Source: a virus. From it: 64,000 bases of DNA. The position numbers were made by a program, and so were the translations under genes. Under the pieces are notes generated by a model, which saw only the letters and a program-made list of their open reading frames with translations, was not told the DNA's origin and did not search any database. The stretch spans positions 1 to 64,000 of the IMG/VR virus record IMGVR_UViG_3300044710_000077; one strand, written 5' to 3'. Below, piece after piece: positions 46,369-54,818 of the stretch; within the stretch, counting starts at the first letter, position 1; each line of letters starts with the position of its first letter.

Positions 46369-46830
46369 TCAGCCCGCCTTGCGTCCGGTACTCTGCGGCA
46401 GCGGCTGCGGGGCGAACACGTGCTGGCAGTGCGGACAGCAGGTCAGGCCGTGCGCGGCGTTCTGGGGCGCGATAGGCGCCCCGGCCTCAAGTAGCTGGCC
46501 GATCATGCGATAGTCCGTCAGCACCGCGCCGCGTTTCAGCACCGCCATGACGTTGTCGATTTGCGGCCGGCAGTCGGCCATGACGACGTAGGGGCCGTCG
46601 CCGCGCACCGGCGGCGGCTCTGGCGGCGGCGCTGTAAGGACCCGCGGGGCCGTCTGTTCCGTAGCTTTGCCAACCGACGGAGACGGCGCGTCGCCCTTGC
46701 TGGGGTTGTCGACGCGCATCTGGACGGCCCCGCAGGAGGGGCATTCCTTGACCTTGTAGTGCACCGGGTGGTCGCAGTCGGGCGCCGTGCACTTGCGATA
46801 GCCGACCTTGAACGCGCGCGCTGCGGTCAT
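46369..46830 (-). CDS. zinc-ribbon protein in the head module
   Basis: C...C.H...CPSC and CPHC.H.F. Confidence 0.65.
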   Translation of the reverse strand: MTAARAFKVGYRKCTAPDCDHPVHYKVKECPSCGAVQMRVDNPSKGDAPSPSVGKATEQTAPRVLTAPPPEPPPVRGDGPYVVMADCRPQIDNVMAVLKRGAVLTDYRMIGQLLEAGAPIAPQNAAHGLTCCPHCQHVFAPQPLPQSTGRKAG

Positions 46831-48473
46831 AGAATTGGCATCCCCTGATCGACCATGGCCGTGACGACGTCGTAGCCCAGCACATAGGGTTGGCCGTAAA
46901 AGAACGCCTGCACCTGGGAATTGCCCAGAGCGAATTCAAAGTTGTTCGCCGCGATGATCGGCCCCGTGCCGCCCGACAAGGTGCCCGACGTCGTGCTGCC
47001 GGTGCCGCCGCCCATGTGGCCGTTCGACGGCGTGAACGTGCACGTCTCGGTGCCGCCACCGGTTTCCGTGATCGTCGCGGACACAACGGTCGAATTGCCG
47101 ATGACGCCGGGCTCGGTGATGGTGATGACGCCCGCCATGTTCGACGCCCGAATATTCGCCGCCGACAGTGTCGTATCGGCATTGATAAGGGCGACCAGCC
47201 CCGCGGCAATCGTCGTCGCGCTGTCCGCGCCGACCAGCGTGTAAGTCTTGGTGACTGGCAGGCCCGACACGCCCGCATTGGTGAACGTCAGGGCCACGGT
47301 ATCGGTGGCCGCCGGCGCCGACGACACGATGGTCGCGATGACGCTGGCGTTCGTGTTGCTGAACGTAATGGTTTCGGTCGCCCCCGTGCTCAGCACCGAC
47401 GTCGTGGTCGGCGCCGTGGTCACGGTGATGGTCTCGCTACCCGTCGTCACCGACTCTGTCAGCCGCATTTGACCGATGTTCGGGCCAAGCGTGAACGAAA
47501 TGGTGCTGGACGTGACGCTGGCCTCGATAGCGGCGTCTTGCAGCGCGGGCGTGCTATTGACCGCCGCGCCCAAGGCGGCAGCAATGGTCGCGGTCGTATC
47601 GCCCGCCACTGTCGTATAGCTGACGGTCACGGGCGAGCCCGGAATGCCGGCGCCGGTAAAAATCAGGTTCAGCACGTCGCCGCCGCCGGCAGCAACGGTC
47701 CCGCCGATAACCGCAGTCAGCGGATTGGAATTCACCCAGGTCGACACGACGACAGGTTCGTCGGCCGCTGGGATGACCAGCGTAATGACGCCGGCCACGT
47801 TCGACGCCGTGATGCCCGCGGCAACGAGCGCCGCATTAGCGCCAATGGCCGTCACCAAATTGCCGGCAATCGTCGTCGCCGACTGCGACGTGGTGACTGC
47901 CTGGGTAATGGCGACAGAGCCGCCCGGCAGATTCGGGCTGGTGAACAGCGCCGTGATCTGGTCGCCGGTCAACGCGGTGCCGGCAATCGTGATCTTGACC
48001 GCGGCCTCGCTCGGCGCCGTTAGGACACTGAAATTGCCCACCGGGCCCGCTTGGCGGAACGTGATAACGCCGTCCAGGACGTCGGTGCGCAGACCGACAT
48101 TCGCCGCTGCCGGATCGTCGTCGAACAGGGATGCCAGTTCCTCGGCAATATCGTTCAACGTGTCGCCGGCCTGCACCGTGTATGTGTGCGAAATGAAGCC
48201 GGACGGAAACACTGGGTTGCTGGCCTCGATGGTCAGGATATCAGCGGCCGTCACCGTCCCGCCGATAGTCGCCGTGCACGTCGCTTCCCCGCGCGGATTG
48301 GCGTTCAGAAAGCCAAGGGGCGACGCCAAGCCAAGCGCGCCAGCGCCGGACCCGTTCGGGTCGGTCTGGGCATTCGACGAATAGTTCGGCTTGTCGAAAT
48401 TCGGCAACAGCGTCGGGTTGCGCGGGTCGAATACGCCGGGCGTACCCTGGGGCGGGATGACAGTGTCGACCAT
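46827..48473 (-). CDS. virion (decoration-like) protein with four tandem ~90-aa repeats
   Basis: Four copies of T.GG...GD...L.F.N....G......YT...GD....IA..L...(I/V)N. Confidence 0.75.
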   Translation of the reverse strand: MVDTVIPPQGTPGVFDPRNPTLLPNFDKPNYSSNAQTDPNGSGAGALGLASPLGFLNANPRGEATCTATIGGTVTAADILTIEASNPVFPSGFISHTYTVQAGDTLNDIAEELASLFDDDPAAANVGLRTDVLDGVITFRQAGPVGNFSVLTAPSEAAVKITIAGTALTGDQITALFTSPNLPGGSVAITQAVTTSQSATTIAGNLVTAIGANAALVAAGITASNVAGVITLVIPAADEPVVVSTWVNSNPLTAVIGGTVAAGGGDVLNLIFTGAGIPGSPVTVSYTTVAGDTTATIAAALGAAVNSTPALQDAAIEASVTSSTISFTLGPNIGQMRLTESVTTGSETITVTTAPTTTSVLSTGATETITFSNTNASVIATIVSSAPAATDTVALTFTNAGVSGLPVTKTYTLVGADSATTIAAGLVALINADTTLSAANIRASNMAGVITITEPGVIGNSTVVSATITETGGGTETCTFTPSNGHMGGGTGSTTSGTLSGGTGPIIAANNFEFALGNSQVQAFFYGQPYVLGYDVVTAMVDQGMPIL

Positions 48474-48497
48474 GGCGTCGTTACCCTCGTTTCGCCG

Positions 48498-48710
48498 TTA
48501 CCGCGACGGCCGCAGCGTGCCGCGGCCTACCGGTGTCATTTTTCTGCCCATGCGCTTGCGCACCGCAGCCCGCGCCATGCCCTGCTCGCCCGACGTCTTT
48601 CGGTCCCAGCCCGGCACGAAACAGTCGTCGCCGCCCGGGTCCGAAAACACCGCCTTGACGGTCTGGGTGAACTTGCCGCCGACTGTCTTTACCGTGGCCA
48701 TGTCAAGCAT
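48498..48710 (-). CDS. small basic protein
   Basis: Co-oriented ORF; K/R-rich. Confidence 0.5.
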   Translation of the reverse strand: MLDMATVKTVGGKFTQTVKAVFSDPGGDDCFVPGWDRKTSGEQGMARAAVRKRMGRKMTPVGRGTLRPSR

Positions 48711-48745
48711 TCCGGTTCTTTTGACGGATTGGCCAACCCGCTAAT

Positions 48746-48967
48746 TTAGCCGCCTCCGTAGCGGCGCATCGGGTCGACGTACTTGCGCGCGCTGCGTTCG
48801 CCGCCCTGGTTGCGGTCGGCGCCAGGCGCATCCGACACCTTGCCGTCGCCCGGCACGGTCATGGACACGCCCGCGGTCTGGCCGGTGACGGAGATTTCCT
48901 CCATGCCGCGGCCTTTGGCGCGCTGGCCAGCCAGGGACTTGGAAATGGAACGTGAAGGCGGCTTCAT
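48746..48967 (-). CDS. small basic protein
   Basis: AAGGAG SD; K/R/G-rich. Confidence 0.6.
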   Translation of the reverse strand: MKPPSRSISKSLAGQRAKGRGMEEISVTGQTAGVSMTVPGDGKVSDAPGADRNQGGERSARKYVDPMRRYGGG

Positions 48968-48980
48968 CGGCGACTCCTTT

Positions 48981-49901
48981 TCAGTGCAGCAGCGCCCGCT
49001 GGCGGATTTCCGCCGCCTGGTCGGGCGCGAATTCTTCTAGCGTCTTGTCGCCCTTGCTGGCGTTACAGGGCAAACAAGCCGGAACGATGTTCCCGACCTC
49101 GTTCTTGCCCTTCCGCGACAGCGGCGTCAAATGTTCCATCGTCAGCCTTGTCTCGGCCCCGCAGTACGCGCAGGAATGCTCGAATTCCTTGAGCAGCGCC
49201 AGCCAGTCGGCGCGCGTGAATTCGCCTTCCATTTCCAGCGACCGGACGATTACGCCGTCCTTGTAGGTCTCTGCCTTCACCCGCGCCGCCTTGAGGCGCC
49301 AGCGGTCGCGCAGCACGGCGCGGACGTGCGGCTTTTGATTGTGCTGCCGTTCCCATTCCTTGTAGGCGGCCGTGCGGCGACGGGCGCTCATGCGTGCATT
49401 CACAGTCACTGAATTTGCACGCGCGTATTTTTTAGCGCGCTTCGCCACTTTGGCCCTATTGCACTCGACGCAATAAGAACCGATGCCGTGCGCGCGGCGC
49501 TTATCCGGCGCAAAACAGGAAAAATCCTTCACTTCCTTGCAGGACGAACAGCGTTTCATGCCTTCCGGCAATGCTACGGCCGCGAGTTTTGCTGCCGTCT
49601 CGGCGCGCTTTTTGGCCGCGTAACGCTTGGCGGTAGCGACGGCTTTGTCGGGGTTTTTGGCTCGCCACGCCGCTGCATTTTTTCTAGTCCGCTCGCGAAG
49701 CCCCGCTGGATTTGCAGCCTTAGCCCGTCTGTGCTTTTCGGCATGGCACGCCTTGCAATAGGGGTCGTACCCGTCAGCGCGTTTGACGGCCGGATAGAAA
49801 TGCTCGGCCGCGAGTTTCGACTCGCGACATTTAGCGCATTTCTTGAGGCCGTCAGCGTCAATCATGGCGCACCTTGATAGCACGTTATCCAGCGGTTTCA
49901 A
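48981..49901 (-). CDS. HNH homing endonuclease with two N-terminal Zn modules
   Basis: KKCAKC..CKAC, KRCSSC..CVEC; CAYCG....MEH..PLS..G.N...N.VPAC..CN.SKG. Confidence 0.9.
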   Translation of the reverse strand: MKPLDNVLSRCAMIDADGLKKCAKCRESKLAAEHFYPAVKRADGYDPYCKACHAEKHRRAKAANPAGLRERTRKNAAAWRAKNPDKAVATAKRYAAKKRAETAAKLAAVALPEGMKRCSSCKEVKDFSCFAPDKRRAHGIGSYCVECNRAKVAKRAKKYARANSVTVNARMSARRRTAAYKEWERQHNQKPHVRAVLRDRWRLKAARVKAETYKDGVIVRSLEMEGEFTRADWLALLKEFEHSCAYCGAETRLTMEHLTPLSRKGKNEVGNIVPACLPCNASKGDKTLEEFAPDQAAEIRQRALLH

Positions 49902-51285
49902 TAACGAGGCTCCGCTTGAACAACGCGTTGGAAGCCGTTGGAATTATGGAGGTAGTACTCGTAATGTCCGTCGGGACCGCGTAATCTCCGATCCAAGTCC
50001 AAGACAGCGACGTGACCTGGGACAAGCGGTCCAAGGGCGGGCGCAGGATTTGCGCCACGTTGTTCACCAGGAACACGTCGGCAATCGGATTGAGTCCTTC
50101 GCGCTGCAACCAGGATTCGAGGCCCTCGAAATTGCCTTGGATGATGGACTCGGCACCCATGATGATCGGGCGGCGGGTGCGCACGACGTTCGCCGACGGG
50201 CTGGTCGCGGTGCTGGCTTGGCCGTAGGTCGTGCCGTTGTACTGCTGCAACGCCGGCTGGACATAGGCTTCCGTCGTCGGGATATAGGTCACGCCCAGCA
50301 GCCGAATCACGTCGCCGTCGCGGAATTCGCCGCTGTCGTTGCGGCCGGCGAACAGGACTTTGAAATCCTGGTCGGCCCAAAGCTGGCGCATGGACGTATT
50401 GTCCAGGATGCAGTGGTAGGTCCCGTCCTCCATGGGCGGCACGCCGTTGTCGCGCAGGTAGGCGACTGCATCTTCGACCAGCCCCATGGTCAGCACGTCC
50501 GACCCGGACAGTTGCGCCGTGGTCAGTTTGCCGAACGGGCGCAGGATTTTCGGGGCGTTCAGCGCGATAAGCGCGTCGCCATTGACCGGGGTCGTGGCGG
50601 CACTGAACGTCAGCGTGCCGCTGGTGCCGTCCGGGCGCGAGCTATGGTTCGTCACGTCGGCGGTCGCTGCCGTCACGGTCAGCGTCTGGTTGACGCCGGC
50701 CGACGTGATCGCGGTTTCGACGACCGTAATCGGGTTGCCGCTGGAAATGCCGGTCGGCACGCCATTGACCAGGACCGTCGTAAAGCCGCTGATATCGTCG
50801 ACATGGCAGGTCGTGGTGCTGCCGGCGCCCAGGTCGGTGCGCACGCGGCTGTTGCCGCCCAGATACGCAAAGAACAGCTTCATGCGCGCAATCCGCTCCA
50901 TGGACTGCGCCGCCTGCACGCCGTTGTTGCGGCTGTTGCCGATAAGCTGGTCGGCGATGCCGGCCAGTTCCTGAATCATGTTGGTGTCAACGGTGTCGGC
51001 GTATTCCTGCATGGTGAAGGAATACTGCTCGACGCTGAACGTCGACGGCGACAGGCCATTGTCCAGGCCGGTGTTATTGGCCGGATTGAGCGGCTCAGTG
51101 ACCGGGGTTTTGCGCGACTTGCGCGTCCGGGTCAGGGTTTCACCAATGCGCGCGGGGACGGTTTCCTCGGCGGCGGCCCGGCGATAGGCCAGGACCGAGT
51201 CGAGCCCTTCCTCCAATTCGCGTTCCAAAAAGCCCTGCTGCAAGATGGCGGCAAGTGCGGCGGGGAAATTGGTGAACGAGCCCAT
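49885..51285 (-). CDS. major capsid protein
   Basis: 466 aa; GETLT.TR, AV..LR.N.VP...G.Y and PLDRL.Q...SW motifs; position after the scaffold. Confidence 0.85.
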   Translation of the reverse strand: MGSFTNFPAALAAILQQGFLERELEEGLDSVLAYRRAAAEETVPARIGETLTRTRKSRKTPVTEPLNPANNTGLDNGLSPSTFSVEQYSFTMQEYADTVDTNMIQELAGIADQLIGNSRNNGVQAAQSMERIARMKLFFAYLGGNSRVRTDLGAGSTTTCHVDDISGFTTVLVNGVPTGISSGNPITVVETAITSAGVNQTLTVTAATADVTNHSSRPDGTSGTLTFSAATTPVNGDALIALNAPKILRPFGKLTTAQLSGSDVLTMGLVEDAVAYLRDNGVPPMEDGTYHCILDNTSMRQLWADQDFKVLFAGRNDSGEFRDGDVIRLLGVTYIPTTEAYVQPALQQYNGTTYGQASTATSPSANVVRTRRPIIMGAESIIQGNFEGLESWLQREGLNPIADVFLVNNVAQILRPPLDRLSQVTSLSWTWIGDYAVPTDITSTTSIIPTASNALFKRSLVIETAG

Positions 51286-51421
51286 GGCGATATCGCTCCG
51301 TGCAAACGGGGGTCCGGTGTAGGGTCAGCGGACGCCTGCGCGCCTGGCGCGGCGTGTATATTTCGGGCTTTGGTATTTCCGGGGCGGCGTCTAGCCGGCC
51401 TGACCGTCGGGCGGGGTCCCT

Positions 51422-51559
51422 GCCCCTATATGCTGGGCTTGTTGTCGGGGGCGCCCGTCCCCGCGCTTTCCGTGTTGGCCGGGCCAGCCGTTGCCAACGC
51501 GGTCTGCGTTCCTGCTGCCGTTATGTCGCAGAATTACTCCGAACGCAAGCGGTAGGGGC
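51422..51559 (-). ncRNA. candidate structured RNA upstream of the capsid gene
   Basis: Closing stem GCCCCTA/TAGGGGC enclosing three hairpins; strand not certain. Confidence 0.3.
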
Positions 51560-51748
51560 TATGCCACCATGCGGTTCATATGGATGGTGGAGCAAAAACA
51601 GGAATAAACGGTCATTTTTGACGGTCGGCGGCCATTCGGCGACACAGCCCGCGTCAACGCCGCGCGCGATATCGACCGGCGACAATTCAGCCAAATCCCG
51701 TTCCCTGATTCGCAGTTCTTTTCGCACGTCGGGGCAATTGAACCTCAG

Positions 51749-52327
51749 TTAACCGGCATATCGGCGGATGTAGTATTCGCCCCAGCATCCTTGCCAATCG
51801 ACGCGGCGCCCGTACTTGCGTTTCAGTTTGGTCATTTCGGGTAGGTTGTCGCCGCGGAGATCGTCCCAAATGTCATGCCACGCGGCGCCATAACGGATGC
51901 CTTTCGGTGGCTGCCATTCAAAGGCATCGGCCTGGATAATCTCAACGCGTTTATCCGCTTGATAGTGAGGTCCAGCCAAAGCGATTACATCCGCGTCTTT
52001 CTCGATGACAGTCACGCGCCGAACGCTAACGCGTTTCAATACCGCGGCAAGCACCATGCCGATACCGAGTCCGTTGAGCAGAACATGATCCTTGGCATTA
52101 CAGACGATGGAATAGTGATCGCGCATTTCATCCGGTGTATCGCTCATGATGATGCCGCGTTTGGCGTGTCGTAGCCGGGTATAGATGCCGGGAGAGATAA
52201 CGCCGCGTCCGTGTTGCATGGCGCTGATAGTGCCCATCATGGCATCATGCTTCGTGACCTCGAAACGCTCGATGGCCCAATCGCCGCACTTGCCTTCCGG
52301 GACCGTTACTTGCTCAATGATGCTCAT
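51749..52327 (-). CDS. SAM-dependent class I transferase (spermidine synthase-like fold)
   Basis: VLLNGLGIG, VTVIEKD, IIQADAF and WHDIWD motifs. Confidence 0.82.
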   Translation of the reverse strand: MSIIEQVTVPEGKCGDWAIERFEVTKHDAMMGTISAMQHGRGVISPGIYTRLRHAKRGIIMSDTPDEMRDHYSIVCNAKDHVLLNGLGIGMVLAAVLKRVSVRRVTVIEKDADVIALAGPHYQADKRVEIIQADAFEWQPPKGIRYGAAWHDIWDDLRGDNLPEMTKLKRKYGRRVDWQGCWGEYYIRRYAG

Positions 52328-52923
52328 GATTTTCCCGACATTGCAGAAGCCAGCCGGCGCCGCGGCGACGCATTCCTGGTTTTGGCGTCCTTGGGCAGCA
52401 CCATAGCCGCACTCGACCCCGGCGCGATATCAACGCGCAGTATAGCCAAATTCAATTTGGAACGCACGCCGGCCGGGAATGACGGGCTGGTCTGCTGGCT
52501 TTTGTGCATGGCCACGATGACGGCGAACACGACTGGCGCGCGCGGGTCGCGGCCGGCGTGCAGCCGGGCATACCAGTCCACAACGTCGTTCGCGCCCTTG
52601 TTCTGGTTGCAGCGGTAGCAGCATACGACGCGATTGAGGCCGTCGAAATCGCCCAGCGTCCAGCCCTTTGCCCGGGGGAAAGCGTGATCGCGCGTCGCGG
52701 CCGTCCGTTCGGCTGTCGTGTTCCACATGGGCGGCGCGGTCATCGGCGCGCCGCAATAGCCGCACGGCTTGCCGACGAATTCCGCCAGCGGCGTGGCTTT
52801 CTTTTCGGCTTGGCGCGTGGTGATGATTCGCCCGCTACGTTCCGGCGGCCGCGGCGGTTGCAGATCGCCTAGGTTGGCCCACTTTTTGCCGTTGGGATTA
52901 TTGAATTGTGGGGCCCAGACCAT
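52324..52923 (-). CDS. HNH endonuclease
   Basis: CGYCG...TRDH.FP...G.......N.V.CC..CNQ.KG; ATGA-coupled to the SAM enzyme. Confidence 0.82.
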   Translation of the reverse strand: MVWAPQFNNPNGKKWANLGDLQPPRPPERSGRIITTRQAEKKATPLAEFVGKPCGYCGAPMTAPPMWNTTAERTAATRDHAFPRAKGWTLGDFDGLNRVVCCYRCNQNKGANDVVDWYARLHAGRDPRAPVVFAVIVAMHKSQQTSPSFPAGVRSKLNLAILRVDIAPGSSAAMVLPKDAKTRNASPRRRLASAMSGKS

Positions 52924-52930
52924 GAAAAGT

Positions 52931-53057
52931 GACCAGCGCCATTCGGGGTTTACGCTTCAAGCCGCGTGTATTGACCATTGGGGCGGCTCGTCTTGGTCAG
53001 TCCGCGAACCCCTCCCGGATATCGCCCCGGGCCAAGGCATTTTGGCTGGCGCTGGTC
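52931..53057 (-). ncRNA. candidate pseudoknotted multi-stem RNA
   Basis: 11-bp perfect closing stem, four internal stems, 8-bp loop pseudoknot containing a G-U pair only on the minus strand. Confidence 0.55.
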
Positions 53058-53094
53058 GACACCCATTGGCATCGCCGTAGGGTGTTCGTGAATT

Positions 53095-53195
53095 TGGTGG
53101 GCCCGGCCGTGGTTTCCCCCGGCGACGCCTGCCGACATTTGACCCGTTCGATTCGCTCGCGCTTCATTCGACGGATGCCGGCCCGCTACAGGCCC
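53095..53195 (-). ncRNA. tRNA-like RNA (non-canonical; no assignable anticodon)
   Basis: GGGCCUG-UA...CGGGCCC-ACCA acceptor stem; T-arm-position hairpin; long central helix. Confidence 0.5.
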
Positions 53196-53299
53196 TTAGA
53201 ATTCCCCCGGGGCACCGCCAAGCGTCCCGGGGGTCGAATTCGGAAGGACATTCCGATTGATCGCGTAGGCCGCCGATAATGCAGCGCCGCGCGGAAATG

Positions 53300-54034
53300 T
53301 CAACGGAGGCTGGCGAGCGCAGCCTTCTTGGCATCGCCATAGGCGGCTTTGCCAGCGCGATCTTTCGGCAGGGTGCGCACGTCGGCGCCGGCCGGCGGGG
53401 TAGCACCTGGCGCCGGCTGGGGCGGCGCTGGACTGCCGCTGGTACGGACGGCGACGGTTTCGCCGGCACGTGCTGGCGCTGCCGCCTGGAAATATTCCGG
53501 CTTTTTCGTCTTGAACGCCGTCACGGCGGCCTCGACGCCGGTCACGTTGCCGTCGTCGTCAATGGCGACGCCGGCGCGGTCGATAAGCAGCAGCAGGTCC
53601 GGGTCGCGCAAGCCGGCCGCCACAGCCGCCGCCTTCAATTCAGCGTCAACGGCACGTTGCTTGATTTTGTTCGCCCGAGTTTCGCCTTCTGTGCGCGCGG
53701 TCTGTTCGCGACGGTCGGCGTCGGCGCGCAACGTCGCCAGTTCGTTTTGCAGCGCAGCCGCCCGCGATTCGGCTTCCCGCTTGCCGACACGGCGAACAGC
53801 GGCCTCGGCCCGCACTTCAGCCAAGATGCCTTCAAGCTGCTGGGCGCGTTCGGTGTCCGACTGCCCAGGGGCGCGCGCTGGTGTGGGCTGCAGTTCCGCG
53901 TCGGCGGCCGGTGGCCGGTTATTGTTGCCACCACCCGGCTGGTCCGCCGGCGGGTCATCGAAGCAAATGAACGGATTGGCAGGCACGCGGAAACCGCGCA
54001 GACCCCGCGCGGCAAGGATATCTGCAAGCAACAT
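53300..54034 (-). CDS. head scaffolding protein
   Basis: ...ICFD leader, coiled coil with R.EAA.RR, G.RD.D...L, K..KP.YF; GAGG SD. Confidence 0.85.
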   Translation of the reverse strand: MLLADILAARGLRGFRVPANPFICFDDPPADQPGGGNNNRPPAADAELQPTPARAPGQSDTERAQQLEGILAEVRAEAAVRRVGKREAESRAAALQNELATLRADADRREQTARTEGETRANKIKQRAVDAELKAAAVAAGLRDPDLLLLIDRAGVAIDDDGNVTGVEAAVTAFKTKKPEYFQAAAPARAGETVAVRTSGSPAPPQPAPGATPPAGADVRTLPKDRAGKAAYGDAKKAALASLR

Positions 54035-54060
54035 GGTTTATTCCCTCGGTTGGCAGACTT

Positions 54061-54780
54061 TCAAGCGGCAGCGGCCAGGGCTGCGGTGATATTCGCGCCC
54101 GTGCCGGTCAGTGTTCCGATTCTGGTTTTGATGTAGCCCACAGGCATGGACGATGTGTAATTCGTCAGCCCCAGCGCCGTGATGCTCGTCCCGTTCAGCT
54201 TTTCGCCGTCGGCGCCGACGGCCACGGTCAGCGTTTCGGTGGCGCCCCCGGATTTCGACGTCGTCAGGATGGTGGTCGACCCGACAGGCGGCGACCCTTC
54301 CTCGGTATTTATCGCGAACCCCGGCAGGCTGGGCCATAGGATTGTGACCACGGCTGCGGCGGACGTAGCTCGGAAGCCCAGGACGGCCAGATTCTGGTCG
54401 GCGTTCACGCCAGCCGCCAAGGCCGCCGCAATCGCCGTTGTGCTTTCGCCGCCCGACGTGGTTAGCGTCACGGTTTCGCTGCCGTTCGGCAGTAGTGGGT
54501 TGGTAAAAATCAGGTTCAGCATGTCGCCGTCGGTTTCCGAGCCGCCGACGGTGACGGTGTATGTGTTCAGCGGATTGAACTGATTCGTGGCCCAGATATC
54601 GAGCGCCAGGGTCGATATTGACCCGGACAGTTCGATTGACGCCGCCTTGGCGAATTTGACCGGAACCCACAGCCCCTCATAGGGCAGATTGGCCGCTACG
54701 ATGCTGTCGGCCAGCAGGGCTGCAATGGCGAACGGGGACGCGAATGGGCCGGCGGTGTATTGGACAAGCTGGTCGACCAT
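54061..54780 (-). CDS. virion-associated protein containing the shared ~90-aa repeat domain
   Basis: TVTVGG...GD.LNL.FTNP......TTAIAAALAAGVNA. Confidence 0.7.
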   Translation of the reverse strand: MVDQLVQYTAGPFASPFAIAALLADSIVAANLPYEGLWVPVKFAKAASIELSGSISTLALDIWATNQFNPLNTYTVTVGGSETDGDMLNLIFTNPLLPNGSETVTLTTSGGESTTAIAAALAAGVNADQNLAVLGFRATSAAAVVTILWPSLPGFAINTEEGSPPVGSTTILTTSKSGGATETLTVAVGADGEKLNGTSITALGLTNYTSSMPVGYIKTRIGTLTGTGANITAALAAAA

Positions 54781-54818
54781 TGGCGCGTTGCCCCTTTAAC
54801 GATTTCCCAACGGGCTTA

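Noticed and set aside
51521-51727. 68-aa ORF between the SAM enzyme and the capsid gene
   Set aside because: No clear SD or motif, and it overlaps the predicted structure; not excluded
53095-53195. Canonical tRNA or tmRNA
   Set aside because: No TTC T-loop, no 5-bp/7-nt anticodon arm, no G3-U70 or tag frame; kept only as tRNA-like
51290-53300. Group I/II intron carrying an HNH
   Set aside because: Flanking scaffold and capsid genes look complete; no P7/J8-7 or domain V consensus recognised
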